The notes under the pieces are model-generated. The model ran no database searches and was not told where the DNA came from. It saw only the letters and a program-made list of their open reading frames with translations. A stretch of DNA of 62,208 nt, filler included, from Asterionella formosa (taxonomy: Eukaryota): the NCBI GenBank assembly GCA_002256025.1. It is 24 parts of 24 records of this genome, joined end to end, with 100 filler letters (N's around TTAATTAATTAA, not from the genome) between each part and the next. Parts side by side here need not be neighbours in the genome. Positions count along the whole stretch, not along the records: positions 33,819 to 36,314 come from NKIB01015195.1; positions 36,415 to 38,910 come from NKIB01015196.1; positions 39,011 to 41,506 come from NKIB01015197.1; positions 41,607 to 44,098 come from NKIB01015199.1; positions 44,199 to 46,690 come from NKIB01015200.1; positions 46,791 to 49,278 come from NKIB01015201.1; 18 more parts are not named here. The stretch is one strand, 5' to 3'. Of the stretch, positions 36,314-48,695 are shown in pieces. The stretch's first letter is position 1; each line of letters begins with the position of its first letter. The position numbers and the translations under genes are program-made.

Positions 36314-38399
36314 ANNNNNNNNNNNNNNNNNNNNNNNNNNNNNNNNNNNNNNNNNNNNTTAATTAATTAANNNNNNNNNNNNNNNNNNNNNNNNNNNNNN
36401 NNNNNNNNNNNNNNTCCATTTGTGTGCCCGTTTGTTGAGTGCTCTGATCGCTTGCACCTCGTTCAATGTTGCTTTATAATCCATAACTTTCTTATTCGCT
36501 TTCTCACTCTCCTTCTACTCTGCTCTTCTTTTCTCCTAGTCTTATCGTCCAGTGCTTCCGTTCCCAGTTTAAAGCGTCCAGCCACCACATGAACCATTTA
36601 TTTTGCGCGATCGCCAATAGCGCCAACTGGCAAGTCATCTTATCAAGATTGATGCCCACCACATGCTTGTGGTGCTGGAGCAAGTTTCATGGTCTCAATG
36701 GAACACTTTTTTCGTTTGTATTTGTTCCCCCCCTTCTCACCGGAAGGTTGTGTTTGTTGAGTCTCATGCTGTTCCGGTCTATCGGCTAGATTATTGTTTC
36801 TCTCACTGCTGTGTTTATCTGCATTACATGTATCTGGTGTCAAAGTGGACGATGCAGTAGTGGTGGCTCTGGTTCCAAAGGTAAGTGTACTGCTAGTTTC
36901 GATTCGTTCTGCTGGGGAACAATCCAATAGCACTATAGAATTCAAACCCCCTACTACTAGATCTTTGCTGTCATTATTCAATTTCTTCAAAGGGTACTTC
37001 ACCATGTCTTTTGTTAGCCACGTTATTGTGTCAACTTTGTCTGCTACTAATAATCTAGATAGCAATAGCGCCACTTGGTAAAACAACTCCTCCACCGCTA
37101 GCCTTTCCAACATCTACTTCTCTGACATTGTTGTTTAGAACAAGCTTTACTAAATCCTTATCTAGAGACTTACAAATAACTCTGTACTTGCTCGAGGTTT
37201 GGTACTTCTTCGGTTCATTATACTAAGTTGTAACATCCGGAGAAATGAAAATGTGGTATATTGTGATGGTCTCGAGAGCATTTCAGGATGCATCTATGTT
37301 GACAGTACAAAATCACTAAATTGCTATGGTGTGAACTAGTGTGCATGTTTACATTGGGATGTCGCACACAATCGCGCCGTAATTATAATCCACCTCAAGA
37401 AAAGCGTTAAAGGAAGCTATATTAATTTGGAGTATAAAACATTATATGATATCGTATATGAATATAAAATGTCGGCCCAGCGAAACGAGGTAATTTTATT
37501 TTCTTCCGATGTGCCTCACTCAACATTTTCGCAGTCGTTTATCTCACCAACTGGAACACAACATCGATCGGGCGTTAAGACATCCTATATGTAGATGCGT
37601 GAAACAAATGACTTGTTCATAGTAAATATTGTCGTATTGCTAAAATTGAAAAAGTTTGTAGTACAAAATGTAAGATTACCCCGTTATAGTGGTCTAAGCA
37701 GTTCATAGTGGTCTTAAGCAGTTTTTGACTGGTACCAGGTACTTGTTGGTTATCCATACCGCATACTCCGGAGTTCACCACCTGGTACCAAGCGTGTAAA
37801 TCCCCGGAAACCCGGTGCAACATTGGTATCCTTTTAATATATTAATCACTCAGTTACTTGTAAATCCGTCAGGGACGACTTGATTGCAAGCACTCATTCC
37901 TCTCTCTCACCAGTAGGTTATTGATCCCTCCTGAATCATCAGGAACTGGATGTGCTCACCATTGCAAACTGTGGAACTCGATCTGGATGATGGGGGATTA
38001 TCGATTTGATGAAATGAAATTTTCGGATCTGCCTATTGATTTTGTGAGGAGGTGAAAAAAAATTTCGAAGTCGCAACTGTTGAAGGGCTCCAAAGACTAG
38101 ACCACCTTACTCAAGTCAAGGTTTCTCAGATTGTAAACTACCGGAAATTGAAATTATTTCTATATTATCAATTTTGCCAGCCAGTGGTCCTGCCAAATTC
38201 GATTCAAGACTTATACCGGCAGGTAACTGGTACCTGGTACCGGGCATCAAGTACCGGTACTCGCGCTAATTTCGATCCCATTTCCAGTCACTTAAGTCAT
38301 TTCACGACTTGACTCATTAGACTTGCAATATCAACCAAAGTCTTTATAACCTCACCATACAGCAAGCAAGCTGGTGTACCATGATGGACAGTGGTATGC

Positions 38400-38535
38400 A
38401 TTTATATAGCAGGATACCGGTACCTGGTAATATGCTTACGAGCGGTACGGCCGAGATACTGGTACTAAATCTTGACTGGTCATTCCGGGGCAGTACTCTG
38501 GAGCGCGCTAGGAAGAAGCTCCATAAATTTCAACG
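38400..38535 (+). repeat. Degenerate solo-LTR fragment of the TRIM family
   Basis: ATTTATATAGCAG, ACGAGCGG, TCTTGAC.GGTCATTCC.GGGCAGTAC..TGGAGCGCGCTAG and CCATA.ATTTCAAC match LTR1 in order. Confidence 0.75.
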
Positions 38536-39012
38536 CTGTTGGTACTGGTACCAGGGTACCGGGCGGTAAATTCGAACAAGCAAATATCATTACCGGTGGT
38601 CATCAATATGTACGCATCTGTGCCTGTTTCATCCGCAAATCCTTATTCCCATCCTGTACACCATCCTTCATCACGGTGTGGCATTTTCGTTCCCTTCCAC
38701 CACGCACCATCACAATAATCATCAGCCATTATCATATACCGTTGCCAATGATTTTATGATGTTAGCTCCCCGAAAGACACTGTGGTCGACACCAGCAACG
38801 CCAGTCTTGCAACTACTAAAGAATGGATCCCATTGACATCTTCTGATGTTGGTTGTGGCGATGCTTCACTCTTGATCCAATGGCAAGCCATGATTTGTTC
38901 TGACAACATTNNNNNNNNNNNNNNNNNNNNNNNNNNNNNNNNNNNNNNNNNNNNTTAATTAATTAANNNNNNNNNNNNNNNNNNNNNNNNNNNNNNNNNN
39001 NNNNNNNNNNCC

Positions 39013-41506
39013 ATGATACCACCAGATGGCTGTGGGGCACCACTGGTGGTGGGCACCCTTAACATCAACGGGCTGCAGCGGAAAAAAACCGATCTTCGGT
39101 TTCTGTTGCAACAAACCCGGTGTGATGTTATGGCGGTGCAGGAGACGCTGCTCCGATCAACGGATTGGCAGCTTCGTTTGCCAGGTTACCATTGCCTCAC
39201 AGCAATGGGGGACCTGACAGCGTCGCAGCGAGGTGTGGCAATACTGGTGTCGACCAAATTCAACTGTACCCCAGTTGGTAAGGCCACACCATTTTGGACT
39301 TTTGCGAGAGTCTATGGGGCCACGCTCTTGAGGCCTATTCTTGTGGGAACAATCTATGTCCCATGCAGAGTGGATCGCATCCGAGTGCTCAGGGCCCTGC
39401 CCCGAGCCTTGGACGCTCTGCATCGGGAGTTTCCAGAAGATCCCATTGTGATGATGGGAGACTTCAACATGAAGATGACGGAGTTGCAGATTCTGATGGG
39501 ACCGTGGCGGCTTCCCTTTCGGGTGTTACCCATCCGAGGGGGGGCCTCCACTCGCCAAAGCCGGCGGGAGGGACAGCCAACACCTGCCATTGATTTCATC
39601 ACATATTGTGGTGACACAGTGGCGGCTGTCCCCCCTGCCAGGGTCCTCGACACATGGGATATTTCGGACCACTTCCCAGTTGTTGCGGACCTACCTGGGC
39701 TTACCAGAATCCCAGAGATGGGGATTGCCCCACCACGGCCGGAATCACTGTACCGGCGGATTGTGATGGAGGAGAAGGAACTCAAAGTAACCGTGGCTAG
39801 TAGTAACTATTGGCAGCCACTAGCTGACTCGCTGGAGGAGGACCTGGAGGATGTAATCGAGTGTTCACATTCACTCGAAAACCCCACCAGTTACCACCAG
39901 GAAAGGTTGGATGGTATGGCCAAGAAGTTCACTACAACATGTCACCAGGTGGCAGAGGACCTGAACCTCCACCAACGGGTGGCGGGACAAAACCCACCAA
40001 GAGTGACAGAACAGAGACCCGAAGGAGGATCTTCCGGGAAACCCGGAGGGCGGAGTCGCGAGGAGACCGTGAAGATGTAGCACAGCTTGGGGACATGTAC
40101 AAGACTGCCAAAGAAAGGGCGCGGAAGGTGATCCGCCTCTCGGGTAGGCGGGCATGGTATAAGGCAATTAGGGAGGCTCACGTCAATATGCGCAAGAAAC
40201 CTCGCCACTATTGGCGGTGGGCCTCAGCGACGGCAGGATGGCGCCAGAAGAGCAGCATCGACTGCCCTTTACTCGGACCCCTGCAGACTGTTGCGAGGTG
40301 TGCGGCAGGGTTGCTCTCTTTCGCCTATACTGTTCAACATCTTCATTGATGACTTGGCAGTGGGGACGGAGGAGAGCGGTGCCCTGGTACCAACTGGGGA
40401 CAGTCGCACATGGCGGAACTCCACACCCACACTGACAGTGGGATGTACCCTCTTTGCTGATGATGCGGCCGGAATCTGCCCCTCCCTGGAGGCGGCCAAA
40501 CGGTTCTGTACGCACGTTACCAACTGGGTTACAGCTAACGAGATGAGTGTGGGCATAGGGAAGTGCGGGCTGATGGAATTCCTACCGCCAGACCCAGGTT
40601 CGGCCACCGAACCGCTTGTCCCTGGACAAGATGTGGCTGGACTGGAACTGGAGGGACTTCCACTCCCTGTTGTGGACAGATATATGTATCTGGGTGTCCT
40701 CATGACACCAGGTCTGTCTATCTCGTCTATGGTGGACCATAGAGTCAAGCAAGGGCGGGCCACAGTTGCCACCTTGGTACCGTTTCTACGGTGCCCGGTG
40801 GTACCAATGGCCATGCGTTTGCTGACTGTTGCAGGAGTAGTTGCCCCCCGCCTCCTTTTTGGGGCTGAGCTGTATGGTATGAACCGTCACCTTACGGACA
40901 AAATGCAGGTTCTTCTGAACCGATGCCTTAGGGCTAGCATTGGAGCCAGGAGGGCAGGGGGTGTGCCATCAGTAGGCCTTTGGAAGGAGGCACGGATGTT
41001 GCCAATGTGTGCCTTGGCGGGTGCCCGACGGGCCAGAGCTTATGCCAAGGCCTCGGGTCTCAAAACCTGGCTTCAGGAATTGGTCCTAAGACCATTCCGA
41101 AGTCAGAAATGGACATGGTGCTCAGGGGGTCCGCGCTGGCTGAAACGCTATGCGCTCCCCCATGCACCGGTGTCTATTGTGGAGAGGTACTTGGGTGCTG
41201 GATGGCAGAGCCTGGAACCAAAGGTACTGGCTGAGGTAGTGAAAGCATGCATCTTGGAGAGAGAGTGTGGGATCCGACGGAACTTGACTCGTCCGTCGGG
41301 GGCCCGCACAGTGTGGTATGAGGGAGCCGGATTTGACAAGCATCCACTCACACGGTCACGTGTGGGGGGCAGTCCCAACGACCAAGCAGGACTGGCTTTG
41401 ATAGTTCGGTGTCGGATTGGGGCATTTGTAACTGTCCCCACCTTGGTGGGGTGGAAGCGAATGCCTCATAGGTATTTGAGGAAGTGTCCATTTTGTGGTA
41501 TGGATG
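39013..41506 (+). mobile_element. Non-LTR retrotransposon (LINE) ORF2 with APE endonuclease and RT, frameshifted and internally deleted
   Basis: APE motifs are GTLNINGL, AVQET, MGDFN, IDFI and ISDHFPV. RT motifs are GVRQGCSLSPILFNIFIDDL, LFADD and YMYLG, with a terminal CPFC. The N-terminal RT domains are missing at about 40260. Confidence 0.92.
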
Positions 41507-42042
41507 NNNNNNNNNNNNNNNNNNNNNNNNNNNNNNNNNNNNNNNNNNNNTTAATTAATTAANNNNNNNNNNNNNNNNNNNNNNNNNNNNNNNNNNNNNN
41601 NNNNNNCATCCTGCCCGCTGGTCTTGCCTGGTGTGCAAGAAATAGTGGGTTGCCACCATGAAAGCAGTGTGCCGCCTTCCTAGGCAGGCATTCGGAGTTT
41701 CCCTCAAGAATGCTGCAGCTACAACAAACACCATTTGTGAAAGTTGGTTGGGGACTCACATGCGCTAACAAAACTAGGGATGAAGCACAGATCTTGTTGG
41801 AAGGTAGCACAATGAATTCTTGCCTATAGAAATATGGGAGTATGAATGGGCCATAAAACTGACTACCTTTCAGAAACTCTAAAAAACCACCAGGCATCAA
41901 TGCCTTACTACTTATTGGCAGGACCACTGCCCCCAGCTGCCACTCTGAACACATGTCAATCCACCACTCGGGCCTGTAACTGATATCTCATTTCTGTTTC
42001 TGCTCCAAGTGTCTTTAACATTGGATGAATAACTTTCAAGCC

Positions 42043-42530
42043 TCATGGAATACACATTGATTCGCTACTTACCTGAAACTTGTTACCCAATGGGGTTGCA
42101 CTCGGAATTTTTAAAGGGGAAAACATTTGATCAGTCACAATGGTTGGATCCAATACTTTCAAAAGCGCTTTGACAGTATTGGAATGGGCAGCCACGATAA
42201 CTGTCGCTCCCTGTAGCAACCTCGGTGCCAAAGCGCGCTCCCAAAAGGCATTAGTACCTGCGGGCATGTTTGTTCCAACGATTCTGCCAGTGGCATTTCT
42301 GCATTCCATCCACACCACAAATGAGCTTTTCCTGGCTTTTCGAGAATCGTTACATCATCGCATCAATTATGAAATGTTGTTACTATTTGATAATGCAATT
42401 GTTTTTCCCGCTTTGTTGCCAGGTCCGTTTGAGGCCGAGCTGTGCTTCAAGAATGGCGCCATACATCTAATAAATTCTTCCCATAAATGCGTTCTCCTCC
42501 AGCTTTACTCAAGCCCACAAGTGCTCCATG
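42043..42530 (-). pseudogene. Cofactor-dependent phosphoglycerate mutase (histidine phosphatase) fragment
   Basis: HGALVGLSKAGGERIYG..VWRHS* and FWERALAPRL..VIVAAHSNTVKALLK..LKIPSATPL are recognisable. It has a stop and frameshift, and no RHG N-terminus. Confidence 0.75.
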
Positions 42531-43198
42531 CAAGATCACCGAATTAGTACAAACAAACCGTCAAAGCTGCAATTGCATGATTCTTTACAAACCTTGCTCT
42601 CGTCGCTCGTCTTTGTGACAGTGAGGCTGAGCACCGTTGTTGTTGTATCAATCGGGCAAACAACATTGTGGTTTTGCTCTTTGTTTGAGAATTTAGTTTA
42701 GTTCTTTAGATAGAAAAAAATAGCTTTGTGGTTACCACACCTCATGAAGTGGCGGGTTCTATTCCTGCATTTTCCATCTGTCGTTCTTTTATGTACTCCT
42801 TTGGGTTCCGGGATGTGTGTCTGACAAGGAGGCAGGTCCCGTTGTACTTGACAGACGAATAAAACCGGTACTAATTGTGTCGATTTATTTGGGCATGAGT
42901 GCGATTATTGGATAGCTTTAACATAACTATGAGATTTGATTGACAATTTAATAATTTTCGGAATCTCAGTTGGCTGGATAACACTGAATATGGTGCATGT
43001 AATTTCGTTCACTTACATGTTAATGAAAATATTTTTTCTCGCATTCCCCAAGTTTCATTATGTTAACATGGAAGTTACGTGAAGCTCCAGGGTAATGGAT
43101 GTATAGACAACAATGAATGAAATTAATTTAAGTTCTACTTCGGCGTATTTTCAGGACGGAAAAGTGCCGGCTTGGCAATGTTTGGTGGTCAGCATTTA

Positions 43199-44020
43199 CT
43201 ACAAATAATAAATACATGTAGTTATGTGATCTAAATCTTTCGAGTTATGTGTAGCTTCTGAGCACGAACAAGAGGAGGCGATTTTGTTCCTAGTTGCCTC
43301 CTTGAAGCGACACTTCATTATGATGTTTTGAAGGATCACGTTTTGGGAGTCCCCCCTGGCTGCAACCTCATCGGCCTTGGCAAAGACCCAAGCCAAACGT
43401 TTGGACAAAAGAGTCATTTGCTCCGATTCATGTCGAATTAACAGCGCCTTTTCCTCACAATCAAAATTTTCGAGGTCCTTACATTGTTGGAGAGCCAGTA
43501 CTCGTGCAATGGTGCTGCGAACGCGTGACAACCTATCGTTGCCGATTTCAATCATGGACCAGCGCTCCAATCCTCGGCGAGACACTCCAACTTGGTGCCA
43601 ATGTGCAAGGTCGTTCATTGTCTTAGGTGGTAGAGATTCTTCAGACACACATGCTCTGTATACTTTTGTATGGACACTAACGTAGCTCAATGGATTCAAC
43701 TTTTCAATACTTTCCGTTCGATGTTGAATAACAGAGGCAACTTCCAAAGCTCGCTGCCGACACTCACGAGCTTCGGCCCCTGTGTACCATTGCTCAGATT
43801 TTTCATTCTTAGTCAATGCGGAGGCTGGTTTGAGTAACGGACCAAGCTGTTGCACAACAAGTGGACGATTAAAGACATCATCAATGCTTTGGGTTTCCGA
43901 GAAACGCACTCGTTGTTTTCGACCACGAAATGAATTGGTTGGTACTATTGTCGTCACAGCCTTCTCGTCTGGATATACTACGAGCATAGAGTTCTCGAAC
44001 TGTCTTGTTAGGGTGTTCAT
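43199..44020 (-). CDS. Diatom-type hypothetical protein (VRF...WY...RGLE motif family)
   Basis: A 273-aa ORF with RVRFSE, EQWYT, RRGLE, VLALQ and A..DE..A motifs typical of an expanded diatom family. Confidence 0.7.
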   Translation of the reverse strand: MNTLTRQFENSMLVVYPDEKAVTTIVPTNSFRGRKQRVRFSETQSIDDVFNRPLVVQQLGPLLKPASALTKNEKSEQWYTGAEARECRQRALEVASVIQHRTESIEKLNPLSYVSVHTKVYRACVSEESLPPKTMNDLAHWHQVGVSRRGLERWSMIEIGNDRLSRVRSTIARVLALQQCKDLENFDCEEKALLIRHESEQMTLLSKRLAWVFAKADEVAARGDSQNVILQNIIMKCRFKEATRNKIASSCSCSEATHNSKDLDHITTCIYYL

Positions 44021-44263
44021 TCTAAATTTTATGATAAAATCTTCCAGTATTCGAAGTAAGTGAGATGAAAGTGATGAGGAATTGGATCACCGGCAGATNN
44101 NNNNNNNNNNNNNNNNNNNNNNNNNNNNNNNNNNNNNNNNNNTTAATTAATTAANNNNNNNNNNNNNNNNNNNNNNNNNNNNNNNNNNNNNNNNNNNNGA
44201 GTGGATAAAATACATTGGCTTTCATTGACGTCGTCTGCCTCAACATTGACTCAACAAATCCTC

Positions 44264-45737
44264 ATGATGTTCGCTGCTTCTTTCTGTCTCTCCCTCGCCG
44301 TCTCGGTTTCTGCCTTTACTTCCCCGACAAAGCAGCATGGTACTAGCACAAGTACTGCCTTGCCGATGAGTGCGGTTGCTCGGAATCCAAATTTTGCCAA
44401 GCTCGCAGGCGGATATTTGTTTCCTGAAATTGGGCGTAGACGAACGGCATACCTTGCAGAGCATCCTGAAATGGCCAGCCGCATCATTTCGCTCGGAATC
44501 GGTGATACAACCCAGCCCATTCCTGAACATATTCTTAACGGGCTCATTACTGGCGCCACCAAACTAGGTGTGAAGGAAACGTACACTGGATATGGGGCCG
44601 AGCAGGGCATGACGGCTTTGAGAGAAAAGATTGCCTCGACTTTGTACAATGGATTAATCAAGGCCGACGAAGTCTTTGTCAGTGATGGGGCAAAGTGCGA
44701 TATTATGAGATTGCAGCAAATGTTTGGCTCTGATGTGGTGTCGGCAGTCCAAGATCCTAGTTATCCTGTTTACGTTGATACCAGTGTCATGATGGGACAG
44801 ACTGGACAGATTGATTCGTCGACAAATCAGTATGACAAAATTGTGTACATGCCTTGCAATTTAGAGAACGGATTCATTCCAGATTATGCCGCTGGACCAA
44901 GAGCTGACATTGTCTATCTTTGTTCGCCCAAGTAAGTTGCTATTGATGTATTTTGACTTTTGCTCCCGAAAAATAAAATTTCTTCCTTGAGGTGTATAAT
45001 ATGAGTATTTCCATACCTTTTTTTTCTCATCTAATGTGCATTTTTTTTTTAAATATAATTTCAAATCTTGTCACAGCAACCCAACTGGTGCAGCAGCCAG
45101 TAAGGAACAACTTGAAGCCATTGTTGCAGTTTGCAAGGAGCGTGGGTCTATTCTTGTTTTTGATGCTGCCTATGCTCCATTCATTCGGACTCCTGGTGTT
45201 CCAAAGTCAATTTTTGAAATTGAGGGTGCTCGTGATGTTGCCATTGAAGTAAATTCTTTCTCAAAGTATGCAGGCTTTACTGGAGTGCGATTGGGATGGA
45301 CTGTCATTCCAGACAATCTTAAGTTTGCCGATGGAAGTTTGGTCAAGACAGACTTTAATCGTGTGATGACAACTGCCTTTAATGGAGCATCCAACATTGT
45401 CCAATCAGGTGGTTTGGCAATTTTGGATCCAGAAGGTATGAAAGAGATTGATGTCCTTATTGATTACTATTTGGAAAATGCCAAGATTTTGAGGGATACG
45501 ATGCAGTCGATTGGGTACACTGTCATTGGTGGTATTGATGCCCCATACATCTTTGTACAAATGAAAGGTATTGGTTCTTGGGATGCTTTCACCATGATTT
45601 TGGAAAAGGCTCAAGTTGTTACAATTCCTGGAGCTGGATTTGGACCTGGTGGAGAAGGATTCTTGCGACTGAGTGCATTTGCTCCTCGCCAAAGCATTTT
45701 GGAAGCTTGTGAGCGGTTGAAGGTGGCCTTGGCCTAG
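44264..45737 (+). CDS. dapL: Plastid-targeted LL-diaminopimelate aminotransferase; exons 44264-44931 and 45077-45737
   Basis: The presequence is MMFAASFCLSLAVSVSAFTSP. Motifs are GYLFPEI, ISLGIGDTTQP, SDGAKCDI, spliced CSPNNPTG, DAAY and the PLP lysine motif SFSKYAGFTGVRLGW. Confidence 0.96.
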
Positions 45738-46975
45738 AGGTTAGTATTGATGTTGATGCAGAGTTTGATGGGAGGTGAATCGAGTCATTACACACACACA
45801 CATGACAACAGACAGCACTCACTGCCAATGATGAGTGATGGGATTTTTAAGAAACGGAAATATAATACATTATATAATATAATAGTACAGTATTCTGTTA
45901 CAGTTTATAATGGACAACCGACTTGGGCCATATGAAAGAGGAGGCAATGGTGTGTCGAATATATGCACAATGCAAAATGCAGAACAAATCAGTAGCGTTC
46001 CCTAAAGCGCTTAGTACTGGGTGCGTCAAGTTCGCTTCTCGTTACGATAGACAAGTGGAGTACTGGCTAGAACAGTGCCATGAATCCAAAGACATCTTGC
46101 CCTTGGACAAGTTCCATTCATAAACTGCAGTCAGGTGTTGTGTCTTTGTCCAGAATGCGCTCCTATCAACCCAACGCAGAAGATGAGTGTCCCATCCGCC
46201 AATCTGCCAAACAAGATACTTGTACAAGCTTCCATTTTGGACCAAGAACAATTCTTCTCCCAATGAATTGGCTCTAATGAATTGGCCGCAGTTGTTTCGC
46301 AGCTGCTGCAGTATTTCCAGTCAAGTCGGTTGCTTTTTTCTTGTGGACGTCACCTTGTTTGTTTCAGCAAAGAAGAGTAAGTTTTATTGTTACTGGTTCA
46401 TACTTGTAATGTTGTTGTCAGGGGTGTGTTTGAGACCACAGTGTCTATCTACAAATACACCTCCGTGTCAATGAAAACAACGGCAGTGGAGATACTGGGC
46501 GCACTGTGATAAGAAAAAATTATTATATCAAGTATATTATGACACAATTTTTTGTACCCATAACCCCAAAATTTGTGTTTGTGTTGACCAAATTTGGTAA
46601 ACCTGGTAAGCACCTCCAATACAAACACAATTTTTTTACAGTTATAAATAACAGTGCATTTTATAAAAAGATGTTTTGGCATGAATGACTNNNNNNNNNN
46701 NNNNNNNNNNNNNNNNNNNNNNNNNNNNNNNNNNTTAATTAATTAANNNNNNNNNNNNNNNNNNNNNNNNNNNNNNNNNNNNNNNNNNNNAATTTAACTA
46801 TCAAGTTAAGCAATGCTATCTATTAATCTACATGCCAGCGACCCAACGTTTCTCTCTCTACTCGGCTCAATGTATATTCCTTTCTTGCTCTTTCTTCCTC
46901 TGATCTGAATCGTGTGCGAGGCAGTGCCTTACTGATGCTGCGTCTCTTTCCCTGTTGTAAGTGTCATTCTGAACT

Positions 46976-48612
46976 TGCCGAGTATTCCGTTGTTTGATTG
47001 TTTTTATTGTCCTATGCATGCAGTTACAGTTACAATGAGAAGGAATGGTTTGTTAGCTAGTCATGTTACATTGACACAAGAATACGCAATTCCATCGTAT
47101 CCTCTTGCTTCAATTACCACAAATCAATGCAACTGAAGCATAAGCCTGCATGTAATAGTAACTTGTCAGTAAATTCTTAAATAAGTAAGTTTCGGGTATC
47201 CAATGTTGTCGAATAAACTTACCGGTTCATTTTTGTCATCTTAACTTTGAGAGAAGGTAAACGTTTTGATAGTTTTGTTCCAACAGAAGTGAATAGGTCC
47301 AACGAGCGACAAGAGCACTTACGCATTTTGGTTTTGTTTTACATTGGTGCTCCCCAACAAGCGAAACGAGCTGTTGAATCAACTGAGAAAAAAGGAAATG
47401 TGCGTTTAGTTAACAATTTGTTGTTGTGCTGCCTGCCTCCCAACGATTGTCATCCAAGTACCACATTGATGGCTTCATTACCTTAAACATTCTCCATCCT
47501 TCGAAGGCGCAATGTATCGAAGTCACAATGTTTTTCGTAATGTATTGCGTAAACTTTCTTTTCTTGTCATGTGCTTTACTACGACGTTTCATCTTTTCAT
47601 GAAGCAGCAGGCATTGTTTGTTAACATGACAGAACGATTTCAAAAATATATATGCCATGAATAAAGTAATAAAATTTGTAAATATATATATATATATTAA
47701 GTGTTATACATTTATAAAATTCAAAGGCTCTCTCGATATGGAACATCTGATATGGTTGGGATGATCATACTCGCATATACATAATTCGAAAATACTCAAT
47801 GCACCATATGTCCATTGTTTTCCACGACTACGTGTACCGGAATTGTTTCTGAAATTTGTTTGCATCGATATTTTCTACGTCCGTTGAAACTAATTATTTA
47901 GACCGTTCAATTGCCAAAAGGGTTTTGGTAGCAAATTGTTTAAGCCCCTTTTTTGGTAGGGAGCTCTTCATGTGTACCGGTACATCATACCGGTATGACA
48001 ATAACAATATATCATATATATATACAGAGCACCAGTAACAGGTAGGAAGTGATATACTGGGGGTAGTCGGAGTAATAAACTAGCAGCAGAACACCATATG
48101 TTCAGGACTGTTGCTACTGCAGTGGGACAGTAAATCATCATAGTTTTAGGATCATATGATCGTAAAACTAAAAACCAAAAGAACACCATATGTTCATGAC
48201 TGTTGCAATTACAGTGGGACAGTAAATCATCATAATTTTAGGATTGTATAATCGTAAAACTAAAGACAAATCAAAAATCATATGTTCAGAACTGTTGCTA
48301 CCATAGCACACTGCAATGGGACAGTAAATCATCATATTTTTAGGATTGTCTGATTGTAAAACTGAAAAGCGGTAGTCGGAGTAGTAATAAGCAAGCAATA
48401 GAACACCATAGTAAATCATCATAGTTTTAGGATTGTATGATCGTGAAACTGAAAAGCGGTAGTTGGAGTAATAAGGAAGCAATAGAACACCATAGTAAAT
48501 CATCATAGTTTTAGGATTGTATGATCGTGAAACTGGAAAGCGGTAGTCGGAGTAATAAGCAAGCAATAGAACACCATATGTCTATGACTGCTGCTACTAC
48601 AGCGGGACAGTA
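46976..48612. repeat. Copy 3 (longest) of the unclassified dispersed repeat, with a tandem array at 48060-48612
   Basis: Colinear with the copies in contigs 4 and 7. It has five palindrome-containing units. Confidence 0.9.
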
Positions 48613-48695
48613 CCGGTACCGGTAAATGAATTTAAGATCATCGAACTTTAAGGAAGACAACGACAACAGCTGGTCGTGTTGCTGGTCCACTTTTA

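Noticed and set aside
36415..37200. Possible transposase C-terminal remnant (minus strand)
   Set aside because: No catalytic motif is recognisable.
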